NCBI GenBank assembly: GCA_036389485.1
Contig: DASVPR010000037.1
Coordinates: forward strand, 22,972-86,971
From: Solirubrobacteraceae bacterium
Lineage (GTDB): Bacteria; Actinomycetota; Thermoleophilia; Solirubrobacterales; Solirubrobacteraceae
Length of the DNA: 64,000 nt
Reading direction: 5' to 3'
Below are positions 17,227 through 26,350 of this stretch, piece after piece. Within the stretch, counting starts at the first letter, position 1, and the number at the start of each line of letters is the position of its first letter. The notes beneath the pieces were generated by a model, which was not told where the DNA came from, made no database searches, and worked only from the letters and a program-made list of their open reading frames with translations. A program made the translations under genes and the position numbers.

Positions 17227-18711
17227 TTACCGTCCGATCGTGATCGAGGTGCGGGCGGCGCCGGCGACGATCGTCAGCGGGACCGACTTCTTGCGCGCGA
17301 GGGCGCGCTTCGCGGCCTTCGTGAACCGCAGGGTCGCCGTGGCGGTGCCGTCCGTCGCCACCTTCGCGCGGCTCCTCGCGACGACCTTGCCGCGGTGCTT
17401 CGCGGTCACCTTCACCTGGCCGGCGGGGAGGCCGGAGAGACGGACCTTCAGGCCGGAGCGCAGCGCGGTGCGGAGGCGCGCCCTGCCGGCGAGGCGCAGC
17501 CGGGCGCCGGCGGGCGTGACGGGGCCCGAGCTCCGCGGGTCGTCGCCGGTCTTCGGGTCGACGGCGCCGGGGACGACCGGGTTCGCGCCGCCGCCGGCAT
17601 CGACGCGCTCGCAGCCGGCGACGACGTCGATCGCGTCCACGACGGCGGTGTCCTCGCCGACGCCGCAGTCCACGTTGTCGACCTCGCCGTCGCGCGCGTC
17701 GATCGTGTCGTTGCCGAACGGGACCGTGCAGGACTGGCCGTAGCCGCCGCAGTTGCCCGACGTCGAGTCCCCGAAGATGTCGTCGCGGCCCGGGCCGCCG
17801 GTCAGGGTGTCGTGGCCCCAGCCGCCCTCGACGCGGTCGTTGCCGGCGCCGCCGTCGATGGTGTGCTCGGAGCGGCCGCCGGTGAGGACGTCGTTGCCGC
17901 CGCGACCCTCGATCACGGTCGTCTGCGCCTCGGCGGCCGCGAAGTTGGACACGCGGTCGGCGCCGTCGCTCATGACGAAGCGGCCGGCGGTGTAGGTCTC
18001 GAGGTTCTCGACGTCACGGACGTCGTCGCCCTCGCCGGGCGCGCCGTCGTTCGCCTGGCCGTCGAGCGTGACCTCGACGAGCGGGGCGTCGAAGGCGGTC
18101 CCCCAGTCGTCGACGGTGTCGAGGCCGGGGCCGCCGTCGATGACGTCCGCGCCGCCGTCCGCGCGCAGGAGGTCGTCGCCGTCGCCGCCGTGCAGCGCGT
18201 CGTCGCCGGCGTTGCCGGTCAGCTTGTCGTTGCCGGCCCCACCGTTGAGCACGTCGCCGCCCTCCTCGGAGTACAGGACGTCCTCGCCGGCGTCGCCGTC
18301 GAAGGTCACGTCGCCGGGCTCGCCGATCGCGCGCAGCTCGTCGTCGCCGTCGCCGCCGAGCCCGTGGATCGGCAGCTCGGCGGGCAGGCCGGGGAAGAGC
18401 GTGATCGCGTCGTCGCCGTGGCCGGCCTCCGCCCTGATCCGGGCGGGCATCTCGCAGGTGACGGGATAGACGTCGGAGCTCTCGTACTGCTCGCAGCGGT
18501 CGGCCGGGAAGTCGTAGTGCTCGGAGCTGTCGCCGATCGAGACTCGACCGCCCTGCTCGGCGATCGTCAGGGTGTTGTCCTGGCCGCCGGAGCGGACGAC
18601 GAGCGTGTCGCCGTCGTAGGCGATCGTGCCGGCGGAGGCCGTGGCCGGGAGCGCGGCGGCGACGCCGGCGGCGATGAGGACCATGCGGCGGATTCGGGTG
18701 CGGTGGCTCAT
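17227..18711 (-). CDS. exported calcium-binding protein with RTX-like GGxGxD repeats and a basic C-terminal tail
   Basis: ATG at 18711. It has a signal peptide ending in ATASAG. It carries repeated GGAGNDKLTGNAGDDALHGGDGDDLL and GGAGNDRVEGGWGHDTLTGGPGRD motifs. Confidence 0.75.
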   Translation of the reverse strand: MSHRTRIRRMVLIAAGVAAALPATASAGTIAYDGDTLVVRSGGQDNTLTIAEQGGRVSIGDSSEHYDFPADRCEQYESSDVYPVTCEMPARIRAEAGHGDDAITLFPGLPAELPIHGLGGDGDDELRAIGEPGDVTFDGDAGEDVLYSEEGGDVLNGGAGNDKLTGNAGDDALHGGDGDDLLRADGGADVIDGGPGLDTVDDWGTAFDAPLVEVTLDGQANDGAPGEGDDVRDVENLETYTAGRFVMSDGADRVSNFAAAEAQTTVIEGRGGNDVLTGGRSEHTIDGGAGNDRVEGGWGHDTLTGGPGRDDIFGDSTSGNCGGYGQSCTVPFGNDTIDARDGEVDNVDCGVGEDTAVVDAIDVVAGCERVDAGGGANPVVPGAVDPKTGDDPRSSGPVTPAGARLRLAGRARLRTALRSGLKVRLSGLPAGQVKVTAKHRGKVVARSRAKVATDGTATATLRFTKAAKRALARKKSVPLTIVAGAARTSITIGR

Positions 18712-18805
18712 GGCCGGGGACCTTCGGCGACGCGGGTTGCAGCCACCTTTCGCGGCGGCGGCAACGTCGTGCAAGGCGACGGCAAGGTCGCGGCGGGAAG
18801 GGGTG

Positions 18806-21800
18806 TCAGCAGGGCGAGAGCGCGCCGGCGAGCTTGCGCCGCGCGCTCCGCAGGTACGACGCGGCCTCGCCCGGCGTGAGCCGAAGCCGCTCGGCGATCG
18901 CGCGCGCATCGAGGCCGTCATCGGCGAGGCTTGCGACCCGGCGCTCCGGCTCGGTGAGCTCGTCGGCCGCGGCGGGCGCGGCGCCCACGGCGGCGAGCTG
19001 CCGGGCGCACCGCGCGGCGAGGCCCTGCGCGCCGCAGATCCCCGCGAGGGTGAGCGCGGCGCCGAGCGTCCGAGGCGCGGCGTCGACGTCGCGCGCGTCC
19101 GCCTGCGCGGCGCCGAGCGCGGCCAGCGCCTTCGCCCTCTCGAGCCGCGACCGCGAGCGCTCCAGCGTCTCCACCGCGCGCTCGAGCAGCGCGATGTCGC
19201 CGTCGATCTCGCCGAGCGTCCGCAGCGCCCGACCGACCGCCGCGGGCGCGCCCCACGCCTCCGCGAGTGACAGGCCCCGAAGCGCCGCCGCTCGCGCCGC
19301 CTCGAAGCCGTCGCGCGAGGCGGCGCGGCCGGCGCGCTCGCCCGTCCGCGCGGCGTCCCTCGCCGCCACGCCCGCGAGCGCGCGGGCGAGCAGGTCGTTG
19401 ACGGGGATCCATGCGGGGTTTCCCTCGGTCCCGGCGAGCTGCGCGATCCGCTCGGCGGTGGCGAGCGCGTCGTGCGGGCGATCCTCGGCAAGCGCGCGCT
19501 CGGTCTCGGCGCAGAGGAGCAGGAGGTGGCCCTGGCTGCCCTCGGGCGCCTGCTGCGCGGTGCGCGCCACTTCACGGGCGGCTTCGACGTCGCCGCGCTC
19601 GACGAGCGTCGAGGCGAGCAGCGCGATCGGGAAGACGGAGATCACGCCGCCGGATCCCCAGAGCGCGAGCTCGTTGAGGCTCTCGCGCAGCGAGCGCTCG
19701 GCGTCCTCGAGGTCGCCGCGCGCGAGCAGCTCGTAGCCGCGCCAGATGTGCGCGGTCGAGGTGAGCAGGAGCGAGCCGCGGCGGTAGGCCGCGTCGAGGA
19801 CGGCGTCCCACTCGCGGAGCGCCTCCGGGCGGTCGGCCGTGGTCAGGGTGATGAACGTGCCGGGGAGGAGCAGGCCGTCGTCGACCTCGGCGAGCGTCCC
19901 GCCCGAGAGCGACCGCAGCGCGAGCTCGGCGCACGGGCCCGCCTCGCGCCCGGCGAACGCCCAGCCCCACGCGACGATCGACTCGAGCATCCGCACGCCG
20001 GGGCCGTCGCCCTCGGGCAGCCCGTCCTGCTCGTAGCGCGCGAGGCGCTCCGCGATCTGCGCGGGCTCCCCGACGCCGCCGCGGATGAGCGTCATGAGCT
20101 CGTACGCCTCGAGGCCGAGCATCGCGTCGCGCTGATCGGCGGGCGTCTCGCGGCGGGCGGTGCGCACGAACGCGAGCAGCTCGGTGGGCGTGCCGGCGAA
20201 GAAGAGCGTCGAGGCGAGCGCGAGCGCCGCGGCCGCCCGGGCCGCCGGGTCCGTCAGCGCCTCGTACGCGGCGGCGAGGTGCTCGGCGGCCGACGCGCCG
20301 TCGACGAGCTGCTCCGCGAGCCCCAGCTCGAGCAGGACCCCGGCGCGCTCCTCCTCCGGCGGCGGCTCGGCGAGCGCGCGGCGCAGGAACGCCGCGGCGC
20401 TGTCGGGCGCGCCCTTGCGCGCGGCGCCGGAGCCCGCGCGGCGCAGGGTCGCGGCGGCGTCCGCATCGCCGCCCGGCGGCGCCTTCGCGAGCTGCAGCGC
20501 GATCTGCTCCGGCTCCGCGCCCGCCGCCGCGAGGACCTTCGCCGCGCGGGCGTGCTGCAGCTCGCGCTCGCCGACGGAGACGCCGTAGTAGACGGCGTCG
20601 CGGACGAGCGGGTGGACGAAGCGCAGAGGGGCGGCGCGGGCGGCGTCGCGGCTCGGGATGGCATCGCCGCGGAGGATCTCCGCGCGGGAGAGCGCCGCGA
20701 CCGCGCGGCCGGCGGCGCCGAGTTCCAGCCCGGCGAGCTCGGCCACCGCCGACAGCCCGGCGCCCTCGCCGAGGATCGACAGCGCGCGGGCGGCGGCGAC
20801 GGCCTCGTCCGGCATCCGCGCGAGCCGGAGCCCGATCGTGCGCGACAGGGCGCGCGGGCCGATCTCCTCGACGCGCACCGCGTGCTCGTCGCGCGGCTCG
20901 ACGCCCTCGCTCTCGAGTGCCGCGAGCAGCTGGTGCAGCAGCAGAGGGTTGCCGCCGGTGGTCGCGTGGCAGGCCGCGCAGAACGCGTCGCCGGCAGCGG
21001 CGCCGAGCCGGGCACGGACGACGTCCGCGGCCGCCGCGTCCGACAGCGGCGCGGGCCGGATCGCGACGGTCGCCGGATCGTGGACGACCTCGTCGAGCAG
21101 CGCGGCATCGGTCGGCTGCTCGCCGCTCCGCAGCGTCGCGAGCACGAGCACGGGCAGGCCCTCGAGCCGGCGGACGAGGTACGCGAGCAGCCGCAGCGAC
21201 GGCCGGTCGCACCAGTGGACGTCGTCGACCGCGAGGACGAGCGGCCGGTCGGCCGACAGGTGCACGATCGACCAGTAGAGGCCGTGCAGGACGGCGAACG
21301 ACGTGTCCGCCGCGAGCTCCCCCTCCCCCGGCCGCCCGAAGACCGCGCTCGCGGGCGCCGCCGCCCCGGCGAGCACGGCGTCCCGGCGAGCCGGATCGGC
21401 CAGCTCGACCTCGAGCAGCTGCCGGACGACGCCGAAGGGGAAATCGCGCTCGTGCTCGCTCGCCCGGGCGTTCAGAACTCGGGCGCCCGCCGCGGTCGCG
21501 CGGCGACGCGCCTCGTCGAGCAGTCGCGTCTTCCCGAGCCCCGCCGGCCCCTCGATCAGCGCGACGCGGCCGGGTTCGAGCGCGTCGAGGGCGTCGAGCT
21601 CCCGCTCCCGCTCGACGAGCTCGGGGCCGAGCGTGGCGCGAAGTGGAGGGGCTGCGGCGGGCAGCGGCGAGCCTCCCACTTCGCGCAGCAGCGCCTCGCG
21701 GAGGGCGACGACCTCCCAGGAGGGGGACGCGCCGAGCTCCTCGCCGAGCAGCTCGCGGAGATCGTCGAAGGCGCGGAGGGCCTCCGCCGGGTTCCCCTCG

Positions 21801-22432
21801 GCGCGCAACGCCTCGATGAGGCGGGCCCAGCACGACTCGCGGAACGGGGCGAGCTCGACGGCGGTGCGAGCGGCGGCGACGGCTTCGCTCGCGGCCTCTC
21901 CGCCGAGGGCGGCGCCCGCCTGGGCCGCCAGCTCGAGCGCCTCGACGCGCAGCTCGGCCAGCTCCGCCCGGCGCTCGGCGATCCACGGGGCCTCGTCGCC
22001 GGGGAGCAGGCCGCGCGCGGCGATCTCCTCGGCCCGGCCGGCGGCTTCGAGGCACGCGCCCCATGCGGAACGGCCGGCGGCGGCGCGCGCGGCGTCGATC
22101 GCGGCGCCGACCTCCTCCCAGTCGACGACGGTCCCCTCGGGAAGACGCAGCGTCAGGTCGCGACGACCCTCGAGCGCGTCCGCGCCGAGCGCCTTGCGCA
22201 GGCGCGACAGCAGCGGCGAGAGCAGCTCGTCCGCGCGGGCGGGCGCGCCCTCCCCCGGCCACACCGCGCCGACGAGCTCGTCCCGCCGGACGGGGCGCCG
22301 GCGATGCAGGACGAGGAAGGCGAAGAGGAGCCGCGACTGGCGGCGGGTGAACGCGTCGTCGAGCCGCTCGCCCCGCCACACGACGGCGAGCCTTCCGCAC
22401 AGCTCGATGCGTGACTCGGATTCAGCGATCAC
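18806..22432 (-). CDS. large regulator: N-terminal SARP (OmpR-type wHTH + BTAD), P-loop ATPase, helical repeats, C-terminal LuxR-type HTH
   Basis: The N-terminal region (RIELCGRLAVVWRGERL...) and the ...PFRESCWARLIEALRAEGNPAEALRAFDDLRELL segment look BTAD-like. The Walker A motif is GPAGLGKT. The C-terminal segment LTEPERRVASLADDGLDARAIAERLRLTPGEAASYLRSARRKL resembles a LuxR_C HTH. Confidence 0.75.
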   Translation of the reverse strand: MIAESESRIELCGRLAVVWRGERLDDAFTRRQSRLLFAFLVLHRRRPVRRDELVGAVWPGEGAPARADELLSPLLSRLRKALGADALEGRRDLTLRLPEGTVVDWEEVGAAIDAARAAAGRSAWGACLEAAGRAEEIAARGLLPGDEAPWIAERRAELAELRVEALELAAQAGAALGGEAASEAVAAARTAVELAPFRESCWARLIEALRAEGNPAEALRAFDDLRELLGEELGASPSWEVVALREALLREVGGSPLPAAAPPLRATLGPELVERERELDALDALEPGRVALIEGPAGLGKTRLLDEARRRATAAGARVLNARASEHERDFPFGVVRQLLEVELADPARRDAVLAGAAAPASAVFGRPGEGELAADTSFAVLHGLYWSIVHLSADRPLVLAVDDVHWCDRPSLRLLAYLVRRLEGLPVLVLATLRSGEQPTDAALLDEVVHDPATVAIRPAPLSDAAAADVVRARLGAAAGDAFCAACHATTGGNPLLLHQLLAALESEGVEPRDEHAVRVEEIGPRALSRTIGLRLARMPDEAVAAARALSILGEGAGLSAVAELAGLELGAAGRAVAALSRAEILRGDAIPSRDAARAAPLRFVHPLVRDAVYYGVSVGERELQHARAAKVLAAAGAEPEQIALQLAKAPPGGDADAAATLRRAGSGAARKGAPDSAAAFLRRALAEPPPEEERAGVLLELGLAEQLVDGASAAEHLAAAYEALTDPAARAAAALALASTLFFAGTPTELLAFVRTARRETPADQRDAMLGLEAYELMTLIRGGVGEPAQIAERLARYEQDGLPEGDGPGVRMLESIVAWGWAFAGREAGPCAELALRSLSGGTLAEVDDGLLLPGTFITLTTADRPEALREWDAVLDAAYRRGSLLLTSTAHIWRGYELLARGDLEDAERSLRESLNELALWGSGGVISVFPIALLASTLVERGDVEAAREVARTAQQAPEGSQGHLLLLCAETERALAEDRPHDALATAERIAQLAGTEGNPAWIPVNDLLARALAGVAARDAARTGERAGRAASRDGFEAARAAALRGLSLAEAWGAPAAVGRALRTLGEIDGDIALLERAVETLERSRSRLERAKALAALGAAQADARDVDAAPRTLGAALTLAGICGAQGLAARCARQLAAVGAAPAAADELTEPERRVASLADDGLDARAIAERLRLTPGEAASYLRSARRKLAGALSPC

Positions 22433-22462
22433 GGGACCATATGCTCACCGCGGAGCGCACGG

Positions 22463-25405
22463 ATGACGCAGACGGCGCAGACGCTGGTCGGTCGCGACGG
22501 CGAGGTCGAGGTCCTCGAACGGCTCCTCGACGCCGCCCGCGCCGGGGAGCCGCGCTTCGTCGCCGTGAGCGGCGAGCCCGGGATCGGCAAGTCGTCGGTC
22601 TTGGCCGAGCTGGCGCGCCGCGCGCGGGACGCCGGCTGCCTCGTGCTCGAGGGCCGCGCCACCGAGCTGGAGCGCGAGCTGCCGTTCGGCCCGGTCGTCG
22701 ACGCGCTCGACGCCCACCTCGACGCCCTCGACGCCCGCTCGTTCGACCGCCTCGCGGTCGACGTGCTCGCCGAGCTGACCGCGGTGTTCCCCTCGCTTCG
22801 CACGCTGACCCCCGACGCGGCGCCGCTCACCACCGCCGCCGAGCGGTTCCGCGCGCACCGCGCCGTGCGCGACGTCGTCGAGCGGCTCGCCGGCGCGCAG
22901 CCCGTCGTCCTCCTGCTCGACGACCTGCACTGGAGCGACGGCGCGTCGCTGGAGCTCGTCGCCCACCTGCTCCGCCGCCCACCCGAGGCCGCGGTCCTCG
23001 TCGCGCTCTCCTACCGCGCCGGCCAGGCGCCGAAGGAGCTGCACCGCGCGCTCGCGGGAGCGGCGGCGCCGGTCGAGGAGCTGGCGCTCGGGCCGCTCGC
23101 CGTGGAGGACGCGGAGCGGCTGCTGGCGGAGGAGCCGCGAGGAGGGGGCGGCGCGGAGGCGCGCGTGGCGGGCGGCGACGGCGCGACGGGCGACGGTCGC
23201 CGCCCGGGGGCGGGCCGCGCGGCCGAGTTGCACCGGGCGAGCGGCGGCAATCCGTTCTACCTGCTCCAACTCGCGCGGCGAGGCGCGCAGGATCCCTCCG
23301 CGCCGCCGCCGGCGGTCGCCGCCGCGATCGCGGAGGAGCTCGACGGGCTGGCGCCGCGTGTACGGGCGTTCGCGCAGGCCGCGGCGGTGGCGGGCGACCC
23401 GTTCGACCTCGAGGTCGCGGTCGCGACCGCCGCGACGCCGGAGGCCGAGGCCCTCGACGCGCTCGACGAGCTGCTGGCGCGGGACATGGTGCGCGCCACC
23501 GAGGTCCCGCGGCGGTTCCGCTTCCGCCATCCGCTCGTCCGGACCGCGATCTACGCGTCGTGCACCGCGGGCCGGCGGATCGTGATGCACGAGCGGGCGG
23601 GCGCGGCGCTCGCGGCTCGCGGCGCCCCCGCGCCCGCGCGCGCCCACCACGTCGAGCAGGCCGCGCGCCACGGGGACACCGCCGCGGTCGACGTCCTGCG
23701 CGAGGCCGGGCTGGCGGTCGCGAGCCGCGCCCCGGCGAGCGCCGCGCGCTGGTTCGACGCCGCGGTCCGCATCCTGCCCGCCTCCGCGCCGGCGCACGAG
23801 CGCATCGGCCTCCTCGCCGGGCTCGCCTCCACCCGCTCGGCGACCGGCCGCTTCGAGGACGCCCGCGACGCGCTCGACGAGGCGGCCGGGCTGATGGACG
23901 CGGGCGCCGCGCGCGCGCCGCTGGTCTCCGCGTGCGCGGTCATCGAGCTGCTCCTCGGCCGTCGCGAGGAGTCGCGCGGCCGGCTGCTCGCCGAGCTGGA
24001 CGCCCTGCCGCACGACGACGCGGCCGCCGCGGCGCGCCTGACGATGGACCTCTCGCTGACCGAGTTCTACGCGACCGACTACGAGGCCTCGCGCCAGTGG
24101 GCAGCGCGCGCGCTCGAGACCGCCCGCACCACCGCGGATCGCCCGCTCCTCGCGGGAGCGCTCTCGATGCTCGCGCTCGCCGAGTCCTCGACCGGACCCG
24201 CGTCCGACGCCACCGCCCACTGCGACGAGGCCGCGGCGCTCGTCGACGCGATGCCGGACGGCGAGCTGGTCGCGACCATGGACGGCGTCGCCCACCTGTG
24301 CGGCGCCGAGTACTGCGTCGACCGCTTCGAGGCGGCGGAGCGCCACGCCCGTCGGGGCCTGGAGCTCGCGCGCACGAGCGGGCGCGGCGAGCTGTTCCCC
24401 GGGATGTCGCAGTCGCTGGCCGGCGCGCTCTTCTCGACCGGCCGGCTCGCCGACGCGCAGCTCGTGCTCGACGAGGTCGTCGAGGCCGCCCGCCTCACCG
24501 ACAACGCGATCACGCTCTCGTGGGGACTGCTGAACCGCGCGTACGTCGCGGTCGCGCGCGGGCAGGTGGACCTCGCGCTGCGCGAGGCCGAGGAGGCCGT
24601 CGCGCTCACGCGCGGGATGGAGCGCGGCGTCATGGCGGCGTGGGCGGGCGGCGTCCACGGCGCGGCGCTCGTCGAGGCCGGCGAGCCGGAGCGCGCGGCG
24701 GCCACGCTCGTTCGGTCCGGCGGCGGCGAGGCGCTGCCGCTCATCCCCGGCGGCTTCCGCGCGAACTTCCTCGAGATCCTCACGCAGGCGTGGCTCGGCT
24801 GCGACCGGCGCGAGGAGGCCGGGCGGGCGGCCGAGGCCGCGCAGGAGCGCGCGGCGCGGTTCGGCCTCCGCCTCGCGGGCGCCGTCGCCGAGCGCGCCGC
24901 CGCCGCGGTCGCCTTCCAGTACGGCGACGCCGCCGAGGCGGCCGAGCGGGCGCTCGCGTCGGCCGAGGGCTGTGACGCGGTCGGCGCGCGCATGGAGAGC
25001 GCGATCTCGCGGACGCTCGCCGGCCGCGCGCTGCTGAAGGCGGGCCGTACCGGCGACGCGGTGACCGAGCTGGAGCGGGCGGCGGCCGACCTCGAGGCCT
25101 GCGGAGCGCGGCGCCACCGCGACCGCGCCGAGCGCGAGCTGCGCCGGCTCGGCCGCGGCGTGCACCGGCGCACCCGGCGCGGCAACCTCGACGACCGCGG
25201 CGTCGCCTCCCTCACCGGCCGCGAGCTCGAGATCGCCCGCCTCGTCGTCGACCGCCGCACGAACCCCGAGATCGCCGCCGAGCTGTTCCTCAGCATCAAG
25301 ACCGTCGAGACGCACCTGCGCAACATCTTCCGCAAGCTGGGGGCGGATTCGCGGGTCGAGGTCGCGAGGATCGTGGAGCGGGCGGAGGCGGCCGGGGCCC
25401 CCTGA
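22463..25405 (+). CDS. LAL-type regulator (large ATP-binding LuxR family)
   Basis: The Walker A motif is GEPGIGKS. The middle of the protein is helical and TPR-like. The C-terminal segment LTGRELEIARLVVDRRTNPEIAAELFLSIKTVETHLRNIFRKLG is a LuxR-type HTH. Confidence 0.8.
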   Translation: MTQTAQTLVGRDGEVEVLERLLDAARAGEPRFVAVSGEPGIGKSSVLAELARRARDAGCLVLEGRATELERELPFGPVVDALDAHLDALDARSFDRLAVDVLAELTAVFPSLRTLTPDAAPLTTAAERFRAHRAVRDVVERLAGAQPVVLLLDDLHWSDGASLELVAHLLRRPPEAAVLVALSYRAGQAPKELHRALAGAAAPVEELALGPLAVEDAERLLAEEPRGGGGAEARVAGGDGATGDGRRPGAGRAAELHRASGGNPFYLLQLARRGAQDPSAPPPAVAAAIAEELDGLAPRVRAFAQAAAVAGDPFDLEVAVATAATPEAEALDALDELLARDMVRATEVPRRFRFRHPLVRTAIYASCTAGRRIVMHERAGAALAARGAPAPARAHHVEQAARHGDTAAVDVLREAGLAVASRAPASAARWFDAAVRILPASAPAHERIGLLAGLASTRSATGRFEDARDALDEAAGLMDAGAARAPLVSACAVIELLLGRREESRGRLLAELDALPHDDAAAAARLTMDLSLTEFYATDYEASRQWAARALETARTTADRPLLAGALSMLALAESSTGPASDATAHCDEAAALVDAMPDGELVATMDGVAHLCGAEYCVDRFEAAERHARRGLELARTSGRGELFPGMSQSLAGALFSTGRLADAQLVLDEVVEAARLTDNAITLSWGLLNRAYVAVARGQVDLALREAEEAVALTRGMERGVMAAWAGGVHGAALVEAGEPERAAATLVRSGGGEALPLIPGGFRANFLEILTQAWLGCDRREEAGRAAEAAQERAARFGLRLAGAVAERAAAAVAFQYGDAAEAAERALASAEGCDAVGARMESAISRTLAGRALLKAGRTGDAVTELERAAADLEACGARRHRDRAERELRRLGRGVHRRTRRGNLDDRGVASLTGRELEIARLVVDRRTNPEIAAELFLSIKTVETHLRNIFRKLGADSRVEVARIVERAEAAGAP

Positions 25406-25459
25406 ATCAGGGTCCCCACCCGATGTCGCGCGGGGCCCGCGACCGGCACGCTCCGCTCC

Positions 25460-26350
25460 ATGACCGCGACGACCACCCTTCTCCCTCCCTCCCACGACGC
25501 CACCGCCGCCCTCCCCGGCGGGCGCACGCTCGGCTACGGCGTCTACGGCGCCGACGACGGCCCACTCGTCGTCGTCCTCGACGGCCCGGGCTCCCGCGGG
25601 CTCGGTCGCGCCCTGGCCGCCGCGGCGGAGGAGCTCGGGCTCACCCTCCTCGTACCGGACCGGCCGGGCTTCGGCGCGTCCACCCCCACGCCGGGCCGCA
25701 CGATCCCGCAGGTCGCGGGCGACCTCCTCCGCCTCGTCGACACCCTCGGCTTCGAGCGCTTCGGCGTCGTCGCTCAGTCGGGCGGCACGCCGTACGCGCT
25801 CTCGCTCTCCGCCCTCGCCGGCGAGCGCGTCACGGGCCTCTCGCTCGTCGGGGGGATCGTGCCGCTCGGCGAGCGCAAGGCGCTGGAGGACGTGAGCGGG
25901 CCGATGAAGCCCGTGTTCCTCCTCGCCCGCCGGGCGCCCTGGCTGCTGGGGCCGATCTTCAAGTCGGTCGCGCGCAAGACGCTGAAGGACCCCGAGACGG
26001 CGGCGCGCAAGTACGCCGGAGGCGTCCCGCCGCTGGACCGCGAGGTGCTGGAGGACCCGCGCATGTGGGCGATCCACGCGACGACGTCGGCGGAGGCCGT
26101 CATGTCCCCGGACGCGTTCGTGCGCGAGGCGCGCATGCTCGCGAAGCCGTGGGGCGTCGAGCCGAAGGACGTGGGAGCGCCGGTCGAGCTCTGGGTCGGC
26201 GAGCGCGACGTCACGCACCCGCCGGTCATGAGCCGCAAGCTGGCCGAGCGCTTCGGCGGTGCGCCCGTCACCGTGGTCCCCGGCGCCGGGACGTTCGCGA
26301 TGATCTCCGTCTACCCCGACGTGCTCACGCACGCCGCCGCGCTCGGCTAG
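25460..26350 (+). CDS. alpha/beta-fold hydrolase
   Basis: It has an oxyanion-region motif (VVLDGPGSRG) and a nucleophile elbow (AQSGG). Its length is typical of the family. Confidence 0.7.
   Translation: MTATTTLLPPSHDATAALPGGRTLGYGVYGADDGPLVVVLDGPGSRGLGRALAAAAEELGLTLLVPDRPGFGASTPTPGRTIPQVAGDLLRLVDTLGFERFGVVAQSGGTPYALSLSALAGERVTGLSLVGGIVPLGERKALEDVSGPMKPVFLLARRAPWLLGPIFKSVARKTLKDPETAARKYAGGVPPLDREVLEDPRMWAIHATTSAEAVMSPDAFVREARMLAKPWGVEPKDVGAPVELWVGERDVTHPPVMSRKLAERFGGAPVTVVPGAGTFAMISVYPDVLTHAAALG

Noticed and set aside
25425-25443. A small hairpin, GTCGCG-CGGGGCC-CGCGAC, after the LAL gene. Similar 4-6 bp stems occur at 29095-29105 and 50065-50080.
   Set aside because: The stems are too short, and GC-rich sequence gives such pairings by chance. 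No T tract follows. I therefore do not call them terminators.
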